64,000 nucleotides of DNA from Fibrobacter succinogenes (GCA_902800345.1 CADCDO010000011.1:6084-70083), one strand, 5' to 3'; shown: positions 41,928 through 51,155, numbered from the stretch's first letter. Program-made: numbers and translations. The notes: generated from the letters alone by a model not told the origin.

Positions 41928-43940
41928 ATGGTTGATTCCGAAGTTCTTGAGCAAGAAGACTACGAGGTAAAAATCGGTTCGTTTAACGGGCCGATGGACT
42001 TGCTCGTCTATCTCGTCCAGAAGAAGGAAATGACGCTGGACCAGATTCCCATTGCGGAAATCGCGGACGACTTTCTCAAGTGGGTGAACGAGTATTCCGA
42101 AACGGACCTTTCCAAGGCGGGCGACTTCTTGTTCATGGCGAGCCGCTTGATGGCGCTCAAGGTGCAGGAGCTGCTCCCGGCCGAAGAACGCGACCCGGAG
42201 ACAATCGAAGAATACAACGAGGACCGCGAAAAGCTCATGCAGGAAATGTTGGAGTACCAGCGTTTCAAGCAGGTCGCAAGCGGTCTCCAGGAAATGGAAG
42301 CGAAGAACTTCGGGACGTATTCACGTGGGCGCCTTGAAAAGACGCAGAACGACGACGATACGCTCGCGGATGCGAACATCTGGCAGCTTTTCCGCGCTTA
42401 CCAGAAGAGTTTAAAGACAAAGATTTCCGAGACGATTCACCATATTGAATTGGACTACGTGACGATTCAGGACCGTCAGCAGGCCATCAACAACTTCTTG
42501 AATGTGCATGGACGTGCGCTTTTTGAAGACTTGCTCGACAACGATTCGCACCCGATTGTCGCGGCGGTGACGTTCATGGCTATGCTCGAAATGATCAAGA
42601 CGGACGACATCGTTTTCCGCCAGAGCGAACTTTTCGGACCGATTTGGATTTACCGCAAGAAGAACAACCCCGAGTACGCCGACGAAATGGCGCACGAGAC
42701 GGTGTTCTTCAGCAAGGATCCCGAAGTCAAGGCTGGGCTTGTGGAGACAATCCGCAGCCAGGCGATTGCGCGTTCCAAGGAAAAGAGCGTGGGCGACCTT
42801 GCCGCGACGATGCGCGAGGCCGTACTTTGGACGGAACGCGGCAGGAACGTCACGGAAGAAGACCTCAACGCGATGTTGGAAGGGCGCGAAGATATTTCCG
42901 AAGTGCAGGAGAATCCGTTTGCCGACATGATTGCGGAAGCAGACGCTGCCGAAGGCGCTCTGCAGGCAGCAAGCGCACCCGCCGGAGATGCACAGCAGCC
43001 CGCAGCTACGGGAAGCGCAGAAACAGCACCGAATCAAGATGTCGCATCCGCAAACGACAATGTTGCAACTTCGATCGACAGCGCGAGCGTTTCCGCAACT
43101 GAAGATGCCGCCATTCCGACAATTCAGGCAAGCACTGACGCCAGCGCCGAAACGAGCGAGGCGACGAACGGAACGAGCGTTCTTGCGGACATGAACAAGC
43201 CGTCACACATCATCGAGCCTTCGAGCAACATTTCAGACATTGCGGAAACGGCCCACACGTTCGAGCCGGTCGATGAACTCGGCGAAAGTGCGATTGAACA
43301 GGAAACTGCTGAAGTTGCAGATATTGAAAGCGAAGCCGCAGATTTCGAAAGCGTAGACGACTCTATCGGCGAACCTACAATCGTTGCAGGCAACATAAAC
43401 AGCGTCCAAGGTTTGAACGAAGATGCGGTCAAGCAGATGAGCGACGAGGAGTTTGCCGCCTTCATGCAAAAGGCGCAGGCGTTCTACGACAACGCAAGTT
43501 CCGCGCAGTCCGAAGCAAGTTCCGCGCAGTCCTCTACAAACGAAACGCCGTCTTCAACAGCCTTCGCGCAGCATTCCAGCGATATCTCCGAAAACGACGA
43601 CGTTCCATTTATTACAAAGTCGCACCTTTCTGATTTCGAATCGAACAACGTTTCTACGTCCAACGACGAACCCGAAGAAGACAAGTATTCCTCTTACAGT
43701 TTCGGCAACGAAATGACAGACGAGGAATATATCGCCTACTTGAACCGCAGCGCCCGCGCAAGCCGCAAGGAAGAATCGAAGTCCGCGGCATCACCCGAAA
43801 AGCCTAAGAAAAAATCCTTTATGCCCGAAGATGACGAAGGCGGAATGACGGAAGAAGAATACCAAGCCTATCTCGCTGAACACGGCGATGACGACGAAGA
43901 CGAAGAAGGCCCCGTTGTTTACGGAGCCGGCAATAACTGA
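41928..43940 (+). CDS. scpA: Segregation and condensation protein A (kleisin) with a C-terminal acidic low-complexity extension of about 400 aa
   Basis: The N-terminal 260 aa carry the ScpA signature (FNGPMDLLVYLVQKKEMTLDQIPIAEIADDFL ... AVTFMAMLEMIK). The remainder is Asp/Glu/Ser/Ala-rich and predicted disordered. Confidence 0.75.
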   Translation: MVDSEVLEQEDYEVKIGSFNGPMDLLVYLVQKKEMTLDQIPIAEIADDFLKWVNEYSETDLSKAGDFLFMASRLMALKVQELLPAEERDPETIEEYNEDREKLMQEMLEYQRFKQVASGLQEMEAKNFGTYSRGRLEKTQNDDDTLADANIWQLFRAYQKSLKTKISETIHHIELDYVTIQDRQQAINNFLNVHGRALFEDLLDNDSHPIVAAVTFMAMLEMIKTDDIVFRQSELFGPIWIYRKKNNPEYADEMAHETVFFSKDPEVKAGLVETIRSQAIARSKEKSVGDLAATMREAVLWTERGRNVTEEDLNAMLEGREDISEVQENPFADMIAEADAAEGALQAASAPAGDAQQPAATGSAETAPNQDVASANDNVATSIDSASVSATEDAAIPTIQASTDASAETSEATNGTSVLADMNKPSHIIEPSSNISDIAETAHTFEPVDELGESAIEQETAEVADIESEAADFESVDDSIGEPTIVAGNINSVQGLNEDAVKQMSDEEFAAFMQKAQAFYDNASSAQSEASSAQSSTNETPSSTAFAQHSSDISENDDVPFITKSHLSDFESNNVSTSNDEPEEDKYSSYSFGNEMTDEEYIAYLNRSARASRKEESKSAASPEKPKKKSFMPEDDEGGMTEEEYQAYLAEHGDDDEDEEGPVVYGAGNN

Positions 43941-43956
43941 TTAATCATTCGAGAGT

Positions 43957-44595
43957 TCAGAGCGTTTTTCTCACGCTCCAGCTTTTCATTTTACCTCCGT
44001 CCGGTATTGAAATATCACGTTCATCAAATATTTCAAAACCGTTTTTCCTGTAAAACGCAAGATTTTTCTCGGAATTTGTAAACAATATCAGTTGCTTGCC
44101 GCCACGCTCACGGATATAATCTTCCCAAAAACCAATAAATTTCGACCCGATTCCCTTTCTCTGAAATGCAGGTTCCACCGTTACCGAACTTGTATACCAA
44201 ATATCCGAACTAGACTTCTGGTAATCGTGACATGGTTTACTAGCAACGGTATCCATGGAAAGCCAATTATTTACGTGCTTTATCTTCGCTCCGATGTACA
44301 CCATTAGCCAACCATGAATCAAAAACCGTAAAACCGAAGGTCTCCTGTATTGCGGGTCGTCAATCTGGGCCACGGCCACCATTTTCCCGTCAATTTTCGC
44401 CGTCAAAAAATGAGTTTTCCCGAAATTCGTAAGCCCAGCTCTGTACATCATGGACCTTAGCGCATTTCGTCTTTCTTCCGCATCCGGGAAAAAATTCGTA
44501 AAATACTCGTAGTCCATATAAGCCCTGGTCGCAAGCTCAACCGACTCTTTCAATTCCCCTCGTTTCAATATTCCGAATTCGATTTCCATACACAT
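43957..44595 (-). CDS. GNAT-family N-acetyltransferase
   Basis: 212 aa. The acetyl-CoA motif A is VEPAFQRKGIGSKFI, followed by LILFTNSEKNLAFYRKNGFE. Confidence 0.7.
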   Translation of the reverse strand: MCMEIEFGILKRGELKESVELATRAYMDYEYFTNFFPDAEERRNALRSMMYRAGLTNFGKTHFLTAKIDGKMVAVAQIDDPQYRRPSVLRFLIHGWLMVYIGAKIKHVNNWLSMDTVASKPCHDYQKSSSDIWYTSSVTVEPAFQRKGIGSKFIGFWEDYIRERGGKQLILFTNSEKNLAFYRKNGFEIFDERDISIPDGGKMKSWSVRKTL

Positions 44596-44833
44596 ATTAA
44601 AATAACGTTTTTAATGCGGATAAAACAAAAAGTTGCATTAAAATCCTTTATTTTCTCCTTAAGAAATTCAAAAAATAGGTGAAAGCATATAAACCCTAGT
44701 GGTAAAATTATATGCCCCTCCTAACGTATTATCGGCCTTCGGCCTAATTAATTTATTTAAAAACTTTAATTCGAAGCAGGTAAAAATGTTTTTTTTGACA
44801 CACTCCGAATAACAGCAACGTTATAAGAACTAT

Positions 44834-45550
44834 TTAATCGTCGCTGCGGCCACCAAAGAGGCCTGCTCGATAAGCCCAATAGAGCAACTGCAAAATGGAA
44901 GAAATCGCAGCTGCGACGTATGTAAGGCCGGCTGCAAAAAGCACGCCCGAAACAGTATTGTATTCGCGACCTGCCGCCACAATTTCCATGCGGGCAAGAG
45001 CTTTCTTGGCGCGTGCCGATGCGTCAAATTCCACAGGCACGGTCACAAGCGTAAATAGCGTTGCAAGCGCAAAGAGCACAACGCCGATAACCGCCACCGA
45101 CTGCCCGATTGCCTTGCCAAGCCCCATCAGCATAATGCCGATTATCACAAGCCAAGGTCCCAAATTGGAGCCGATGTTAGCCGCCGGGACAATCGCCGAA
45201 CGGAGCCACAGCGGAAAATATCCTTGCGCATGCTGGATGGCATGACCGACTTCGTGAGCGGCTACACCTGCGGCACTGGCACTGCGGCCATGATAAACTT
45301 CAGGAGAAAGATTGAGCGTCTTGTTCAGCGGATTGTAATGATCCGAAAGAAATCCCTGATGCTGCAAAATTTTCACATCGGTGATGCCCGCTTCCATGAG
45401 GATGGCCTTTGCGACATCGGCGCCGGTAAGACCGCTAGAAATATGAACTTTCTGGCCTGCGGCAAAACGCTTCTTGACAAGCAGAGAAACGGCGCCCGAA
45501 AGGGCGAGCGTGACTACGAGAATGCCTATGTATAAATGATCGAACATCAT
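44834..45550 (-). CDS. Membrane zinc metallopeptidase (Zn_peptidase_2/YugP-like)
   Basis: 238 aa with an N-terminal TM, an HEVGHAIQH zinc motif and C-terminal TM helices. Confidence 0.8.
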   Translation of the reverse strand: MMFDHLYIGILVVTLALSGAVSLLVKKRFAAGQKVHISSGLTGADVAKAILMEAGITDVKILQHQGFLSDHYNPLNKTLNLSPEVYHGRSASAAGVAAHEVGHAIQHAQGYFPLWLRSAIVPAANIGSNLGPWLVIIGIMLMGLGKAIGQSVAVIGVVLFALATLFTLVTVPVEFDASARAKKALARMEIVAAGREYNTVSGVLFAAGLTYVAAAISSILQLLYWAYRAGLFGGRSDD

Positions 45551-45557
45551 AGAACTA

Positions 45558-45585
45558 GTAAACAGTGGTTAGTGGTTAGTCGTGA
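45558..45585 (+). repeat. Four tandem GTNNNNA heptamers
   Basis: The array reads GTAAACA GTGGTTA GTGGTTA GTCGTGA and leads directly into the GTCATTCTGAG box. Confidence 0.8.
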
Positions 45586-45588
45586 TAA

Positions 45589-45814
45589 CGTCATTCTGAG
45601 CCAACGGCGAAGATGACTCAGCAGGCAAGAGTTGCGACAACGCTTGCGTTGTCATAACCGAGCCAAAAAGTCAGGGCTTTAGCCCAATCCAGTCAATGTA
45701 ATTAAGATATCACTGGATGGGACTACGTCCCTCCCCTTTGGCTCGGTCATAGCCATGCAAGCATGGCTGCGACTATCGCCTTTAGGGTAGTCTTCACATT
45801 CGTTCAGGATGACG
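45589..45814 (+). repeat. Structured intergenic element of about 226 nt (MITE-like or ncRNA), copy Y
   Basis: The element has nested complementary segments:
- outer 45589-45600 / 45803-45814 (10 of 12 pairs, inverted GTCATYCTGA boxes)
- middle ACCGAGCCAAA 45657-67 / TTTGGCTCGGT 45737-47 (perfect 11 bp)
- hairpin 45636-53 (GACAACG-CTTG-CGTTGTC)
- hairpin 45674-85 (GGGCT-TT-AGCCC)
- hairpin 45689-716 (CCAGT...ACTGG)
- hairpin 45751-68 (AGCCATG-CAAG-CATGGCT). Confidence 0.6.
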
Positions 45815-45905
45815 GTTTGCGTCATTTTACATGTTTCAATTTACAAAAAGAATGGCGAAAGCGGCTATGACTTCGTCACTCTTTTTTGCTTATTTTCGCA
45901 ATTTT

Positions 45906-47087
45906 CTACATATCCCCTGTTTTGAAGTGAGTCTTGTCGCGCAAATGCGTGAGTATCATCCCGAGCACAAGATAGATGACCGACTGTATCGCAAGCAGAT
46001 AGAGCTTCGGCGCCACGTCGTAAATGTCCCCGCCCATCTGCTCTATCGAGAGCCATGCGGGCACGGCAAACGTACTCGGCAGAACATACGAAAGCCCCAC
46101 CATCCAGCTCGGCATCAGGTAACTGGGCCAGCTAAAGTTCGCAAGGAAAAGAATCGGAATGGAGAGATTGAGGAACAACTGCATGCTCGATTCACGATGC
46201 AAGAATACCTGCGAAAGGCACATGCCGAAATTGATGACCGAAGTCAGGAACACAACCGCAAACAACATCATCGGCAAGAGTTCCCCACGGCGCGGGAAGT
46301 CAAAGAGGTTATAAATAAAGCAGTGATAGAACAAGATGAAGCAGCAATAGTGGAGAAAATAGGCAAGAGAGCGACCCAAGTATCGATACGGCATACTCTC
46401 ATTTTCGACTTCAGAATAACGTTCATTCCGGCGGAAACGTCTGTGTCCACGGGCGCCGCCCATGATGCAGATACCTATAATCAGAGACTGTTGCAGAATC
46501 ACCACAAGAACGCTCGGGACAACATAATTCGAGTAACTTCCCGTATTATTAAACATTGTCTGTATTGATATGGGAATCGGGTCTCGCATCGCCATTGCTT
46601 TGGCAGAAGGTACTTTTTTGCTCAAAGCAATCGCCTTGACTTTACTTACCGCGCCAACCGTCAGCGCGCATGTCGAAAACGCCGTCCCTATCGTACCGTG
46701 GAGCATCACGTAGGCGCCATGCGTAAAGATGTTTATCTTGGTCGGTTTCTTGTTCAGCAAGTCCTTTTCCATGTTCTCGGGAATGACCATGAATCCGAAA
46801 ATATCTTCACGCGCCATGGCTGTTTCCGCTTCGAGCATGTCGTTAAAAACGGCCTTGACTTCGACCTGCTGCGTTGCAGACGCCATGCGGGTAAGTTCAC
46901 GTGACTTTGCCGAATGGTCCAAATCGACAACGGCAACCGGAACACGGACAACCGTTTGGTTCACATACGCCGTCGGATAATAGAACGCATAGAGGATTCC
47001 CGCGACGACAAGCAACAGCACTGCCGCAGGATCCGAGAAAAACAGTTTCCACTCAGTCAACGTCACTTTCAAAAGACGACTAATCAT
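45906..47087 (-). CDS. ABC-2-type transporter permease (YhhJ/YbhS-like)
   Basis: I trimmed the entry to the ATG at 47085-47087 (MISRLLKVTLTEW), which overlaps the upstream stop in ATGATTAG. It has one TM, a large periplasmic loop and then 5 TM helices, which is typical ABC-2 topology. Confidence 0.7.
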   Translation of the reverse strand: MISRLLKVTLTEWKLFFSDPAAVLLLVVAGILYAFYYPTAYVNQTVVRVPVAVVDLDHSAKSRELTRMASATQQVEVKAVFNDMLEAETAMAREDIFGFMVIPENMEKDLLNKKPTKINIFTHGAYVMLHGTIGTAFSTCALTVGAVSKVKAIALSKKVPSAKAMAMRDPIPISIQTMFNNTGSYSNYVVPSVLVVILQQSLIIGICIMGGARGHRRFRRNERYSEVENESMPYRYLGRSLAYFLHYCCFILFYHCFIYNLFDFPRRGELLPMMLFAVVFLTSVINFGMCLSQVFLHRESSMQLFLNLSIPILFLANFSWPSYLMPSWMVGLSYVLPSTFAVPAWLSIEQMGGDIYDVAPKLYLLAIQSVIYLVLGMILTHLRDKTHFKTGDM

Positions 47088-48297
47088 GTTTCGCCTCCTG
47101 ATGACGCATTGAAGTTTCATGGACCGTTTTCTCGATATCGATGGGATTTTCGTCGTCAACGACTACGGGCAACTTGGAATCGTGCGACAGGCGGTACTTC
47201 CAGCGGAGATACATCGTAAAACTTCCGAGCAAAGCCCAGAAAACGGCCATGCCCGCCATAAGCTTTATAATTTCCCAGGATTCCGCCATGCCCACATCGC
47301 CAAGGAGCATCATGGATTGCACACGGAGCACATGAGTGAGCGGTAGCACAAAAGCAAAGCAGCGCACGGCAAAGGGCATCGCCATCACGGGGAACGTCTG
47401 TCCGGCAAACGCAAACGCAGGGCCGCCTATCACGCCCGAAACACCAGTCGCAATACGCATCACGCCGGTAATGCCCACAAAAGCCATGCCAGCGCCCACG
47501 CAGCTAACGACCATCAAGAACTGCGCCACGGAAACCATCACAAATTCTTCAAAGCCCATCGGCATGAGCATGCGATGCGTGTAAGCGTAGCAGCCCATAT
47601 ATTCCAGCCAAACGATGATGGTCATCGGAACAAACGAAGCTACGGCAAGCGTCAACCAAGAACGTTCGGCGCTTTGGTAAAATTCACGTACGCGGCGGTC
47701 GCGAAGCGGGAACGAGGCGATATAGACGGCCACAAGCATCGCCGCCAAATGGAACATCGCGGACACAAGCCCTAGCGCCAAGAATCCTTGATAATTGCCT
47801 TCGATATTCCCGACCGAATGAATTTCCGTCTTGACGGGATTTTCGAACGATGCCGTAAAAAGTTTTTCGCCGACATCCGTAATTACCGCACGGATTTCCT
47901 TTGTCGCAAACATGTTCGTGAGATAATTCTGACCGCTCGAATAAACGGGGATGACGGGCGTTTCAAGGCGCAAGGCACGACGGTCCAAATCATACGGCAA
48001 AACGACGAACGTCTGCAAATCGCCGCGGATTACCGCATGTTCGCATTCGCTCATGTCATGACACAGCACTTTTACATCGAGCACCGGACTTGAACGAAGC
48101 GCCATTTCGAGTTTATTCGCTAGTTCGCTGTCATCCTGCTTGACAATGCCTATAGGGACATGCTGCACGATTTCGGACGAAAACATTTCCAGCATGAATA
48201 CGGAAACGCCCACGGGTAGGATCGTAAGAATCATCCACAAAACGATTTTGTGGCCAAAGTAAATTTTCCCGATTGTCTTTAAAAGACCTTTCAGCAC
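47080..48297 (-). CDS. ABC-2-type transporter permease (paralog)
   Basis: 405 aa with the same topology as its neighbour. It is translationally coupled to the downstream permease. Confidence 0.7.
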   Translation of the reverse strand: MLKGLLKTIGKIYFGHKIVLWMILTILPVGVSVFMLEMFSSEIVQHVPIGIVKQDDSELANKLEMALRSSPVLDVKVLCHDMSECEHAVIRGDLQTFVVLPYDLDRRALRLETPVIPVYSSGQNYLTNMFATKEIRAVITDVGEKLFTASFENPVKTEIHSVGNIEGNYQGFLALGLVSAMFHLAAMLVAVYIASFPLRDRRVREFYQSAERSWLTLAVASFVPMTIIVWLEYMGCYAYTHRMLMPMGFEEFVMVSVAQFLMVVSCVGAGMAFVGITGVMRIATGVSGVIGGPAFAFAGQTFPVMAMPFAVRCFAFVLPLTHVLRVQSMMLLGDVGMAESWEIIKLMAGMAVFWALLGSFTMYLRWKYRLSHDSKLPVVVDDENPIDIEKTVHETSMRHQEAKHD

Positions 48298-48315
48298 GAT
48301 AACCTTCTATCCGAT

Positions 48316-49314
48316 TTACTGGATATCATCGACAGGGAGCAGAACGCTCATGCCCGGGCGCAAGTTCACGACCTTGTGAGTCGGACGCATGCGGACTTCG
48401 AACGTCTTGAGGTCAAAGCCGGAACTTTCCTTGCTGCTCCGCCACGTGGCGTAATCGCCGACAGACGCGATGTAACTCACGACCATTTCGACCGTCTTAT
48501 CGAGAGCAGGAATCTGGAGGTAGAACTTTTTACCTTTATACACGTTCTTGAGGTAGTCTTCGCGAAGGTGGAAAACAGCCCAGGAGTCGCTCAAGTCCGT
48601 TACTGCGATAATCGGCATGCCAGACCCCACCACTTCGCCTTCTTCGGCAAGTTTCAAGGAGACTTCGCCCGTAATCGGTGTACGGATTTTAGTTTCTTCA
48701 AGATAGGCATCGACTTCGGCGGTCGCACCCTTGGCCTGCAACACGAGAGCGTTCGCGGCGGCCTTGTCTTCGCTACGGGCGCCGGCCACGGCCTGGTTGT
48801 ACTGGGCGCGGGCGGCATCGGCGGCGGACTGGCTCGCCTTCATCTGCGTTTCGGCCTCGTCACGTTTCTGGAGCGGGAGAACTCCTTCGTTATAAAGTTT
48901 CTGCACACGGTCGTAAGTGTTCTTCGCAAGCGTCGCCGCTTCTTGAGCGCGGTCCGCCATGGCCTTGAGTGCGGCGATATCTTCGCTGCGTGCTCCGTTA
49001 CGGGCTTTACTCGCCTGGGCCTTCGCAGCTCCGAGAGCGCCCTGCGCCTGAATCTTCTTCGCCTCGATTTCCGGGCTGCTGAGGACGGCGATCAAGGAAT
49101 CCTTATGGACAACGTCTCCCTCATGAACGAGCAAGCGTTCGATACGGCCAGGAACCTTCCCCGCCACAAGGACGCGCCTTGCTTCCATTTGCCCTTGCAG
49201 GAACTGTTCTCGAGGCTGCGTCGCAAACTGTTGAAGCTGGGAGATGCCCATAATGACGAGCACAATCAGGGCAAGCACTACAATAACTTTTCCAATCATC
49301 TTCAATGCGTTCAT
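48316..49314 (-). CDS. HlyD-family membrane-fusion (periplasmic adaptor) protein
   Basis: 332 aa with a TM anchor, a lipoyl-like half-motif (VHEGDVVHKDSLIAVL), a long Ala-rich coiled coil and a beta-barrel C-terminus. Confidence 0.85.
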   Translation of the reverse strand: MNALKMIGKVIVVLALIVLVIMGISQLQQFATQPREQFLQGQMEARRVLVAGKVPGRIERLLVHEGDVVHKDSLIAVLSSPEIEAKKIQAQGALGAAKAQASKARNGARSEDIAALKAMADRAQEAATLAKNTYDRVQKLYNEGVLPLQKRDEAETQMKASQSAADAARAQYNQAVAGARSEDKAAANALVLQAKGATAEVDAYLEETKIRTPITGEVSLKLAEEGEVVGSGMPIIAVTDLSDSWAVFHLREDYLKNVYKGKKFYLQIPALDKTVEMVVSYIASVGDYATWRSSKESSGFDLKTFEVRMRPTHKVVNLRPGMSVLLPVDDIQ

Positions 49315-49337
49315 TATTTTTTCTCCGTTTCTAAAAT

Positions 49338-51155
49338 TTATTCAACAGGCTGAGTTTCTGTCAAGACTTTACTGGATCCTTCGCTTTGCTCAGGATGACG
49401 AACTGCAGCGGGTTCTTTACTGGATCCTTCGCTTTGCTCAGGATGACGAACTGCAGCGGGGACTTTACTGGATCCTTCGCTTTGCTCAGGATGACGAACT
49501 GCAGCGGGTACTTCACTGGATCCTTCGCTTTGCTCAGGATGACGAACTGCAGCAGTCTCGCCGGTTGCAGAGTTCACCGGAGCATCGACAACGAGTTGCT
49601 TAGAGACCAAAACCGTCCCCGCGGTAGAAACCTCACCCGCCGCTTCAAGAAGTCCAAGCCATGCAATCACGGCGTCGTAATGCGCTTTGAGGTCGGCAAC
49701 CTGCAAGCGTGAAAGCGCAAGTTCCGCATCCACCACGTCAAGACCCGTCGCAAGCCCCGCCTCGTACGCCTTGTTCTGGCTGCGCAAAGCTTCATCGGCC
49801 AGTTCTCGCGTCTTGGCAAGGCTCACAAGCCTGCCTTTGGCATGTTCCAATTCACGCCAACGTTTTTCGACCAAAAGTTTCAGGTTGTCAATCGTCTCTT
49901 CTTCGAGACTGCCCAAGGACCGGTCCATCGCCTTTGCCGAACTGACTTTCGCACGCGTGTCGCCACCCTTGAAAATGTCCCACTGCAACTTGGCGCCAAT
50001 CGCCCATTCCGGTTCCAGGAGAGTCAAGTCTTTCGTATAAAGTTCCTTGTAGCCGAACAGCGCCACCGTAGGGTAGTAATCGGCCTGGGCCGCCTTCACC
50101 GCGTTCTGGTTGCGCTTGCGTTCTATGCGCAACTGACGGAGTCCCGGGTGGTGTTCAATCGCAAGTTGCTTGAATTCATCCATCGAACGGATGCCTTCCG
50201 GTGATTCCACGGGCGTTGTCGCGGTAAGGCTCGTATCCGTATGCAGCATGCTTGCAAGCGCCATACGCGCAAGCGACTGGTCTCGGAGCGCATCTTCGTA
50301 AGCGTTTTCGGCTTCGGCAAGTGCCACTTCTGCACGGAGGCGTTCCGTCTTGCTAATCTGGCCGCCCTCTTCGAGCTTTTTGGAGCGTTTCAGATGTTCT
50401 TCGAGGTCCTTCTTGGTCGTCTCGCGCATTACGACAAGTTCCTCGCACAAGCGAAGCGTAAAATACTTTGTCGCCACATCCATGAGAACTGTATTTTGCG
50501 CCATCTCGAATTCGGCCTTGCGGGCGTTCACGTTTTCCTTCGCGGCGTCGTACGCGGAATAAATCTTGAAGCCCGTAAAGATGGGCCACACGACGGTCAG
50601 GCGGGCGTTAAAGAACCAGTCGTCCTGCACCTTCATGTTGAAATCGGCATTTTTAATCTGTTCGGCGGATTCCTTGCCCTTGCTCTCTGCCATTTGCACA
50701 GCGGCATCGTTGGCGGCCTTGCTATTCACGACCCCCTTCCAGATATCCGCCGATTTTCCATCTACGTATGCCTTGGCCGTTTTTTCGTCCATGCCGGCTT
50801 TTTGCGCCTGCGCTACGGCCTCTTGGTATGCTTTGGCATAGGCGCCGTTGTACGTGGCAAGATAAGCTTTCGAATAGGCGGCAGCCCCGGCAATATCGCC
50901 GAGAGGCTGTTGAATTTGCCCGAGGTCAATCGAAATGGGGTCATTGATTTTGGTAATGCCCGCCGACAAACTCACTGTCGGGAGGAACCGTGCAAAAGCT
51001 TCGTTCTTGCCGCTTTCGGCGATATCCACTTTTGCCTTTTCGGCCTTGATTTTAGAATTGTTGGCCATCGCCAAATCCAGCGCATCCTGCAAAGAAAGCG
51101 AGGTGGCGTTCACTCCCATACAGCCACATAAAATAAATCCAATGTACCGTTTCAT
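49338..51155 (-). CDS. TolC-family outer-membrane efflux protein with a repeat-encoded C-terminal tail
   Basis: I trimmed the entry to the ATG at 51153-51155 (MKRYIGFILCGCMG). LSLQDALDLAMANN opens the TolC repeats, and there are two coiled-coil/barrel repeats. The last 70 aa or so are 4 copies of AAVRHPEQSEGSSKVP. Confidence 0.8.
   Translation of the reverse strand: MKRYIGFILCGCMGVNATSLSLQDALDLAMANNSKIKAEKAKVDIAESGKNEAFARFLPTVSLSAGITKINDPISIDLGQIQQPLGDIAGAAAYSKAYLATYNGAYAKAYQEAVAQAQKAGMDEKTAKAYVDGKSADIWKGVVNSKAANDAAVQMAESKGKESAEQIKNADFNMKVQDDWFFNARLTVVWPIFTGFKIYSAYDAAKENVNARKAEFEMAQNTVLMDVATKYFTLRLCEELVVMRETTKKDLEEHLKRSKKLEEGGQISKTERLRAEVALAEAENAYEDALRDQSLARMALASMLHTDTSLTATTPVESPEGIRSMDEFKQLAIEHHPGLRQLRIERKRNQNAVKAAQADYYPTVALFGYKELYTKDLTLLEPEWAIGAKLQWDIFKGGDTRAKVSSAKAMDRSLGSLEEETIDNLKLLVEKRWRELEHAKGRLVSLAKTRELADEALRSQNKAYEAGLATGLDVVDAELALSRLQVADLKAHYDAVIAWLGLLEAAGEVSTAGTVLVSKQLVVDAPVNSATGETAAVRHPEQSEGSSEVPAAVRHPEQSEGSSKVPAAVRHPEQSEGSSKEPAAVRHPEQSEGSSKVLTETQPVE
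49371..49556 (-). repeat. Four tandem 48-bp repeats inside the 3' end of the TolC gene
   Basis: The units start at 49371, 49419, 49467 and 49515 (ACTGGATCCTTCGCTTTGCTCAGGATGACGAACTGCAGCGGG....). They are in frame and each encodes AAVRHPEQSEGSSKVP. Each unit contains the GTCATCCTGAGC..GAAGGATCC box found in intergenic DNA elsewhere in the window. Confidence 0.9.

Noticed and set aside
45589-45814. Element Y as a known small RNA (tRNA, SRP RNA, 6S, tmRNA, RNase P).
   Set aside because: It has no cloverleaf, no SRP domain-IV motif, no tmRNA tag ORF or tRNA-like end, and no RNase P conserved CR-I/CR-V sequences recognisable by eye. I left it as an unclassified repeat or ncRNA candidate.
49371-49556. 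A possible CRISPR array, because of regularly spaced repeats.
   Set aside because: The units are directly contiguous with no unique spacers. They are in frame within the TolC ORF, and no cas genes are in the window.
49244-49603. A plus-strand ORF encoding the repeated peptide ILRFAQDDELQRV.
   Set aside because: It is the antisense reading of the four 48-bp tandem repeats in the TolC 3' end. It has no independent start context and overlaps the HlyD start and the TolC end.
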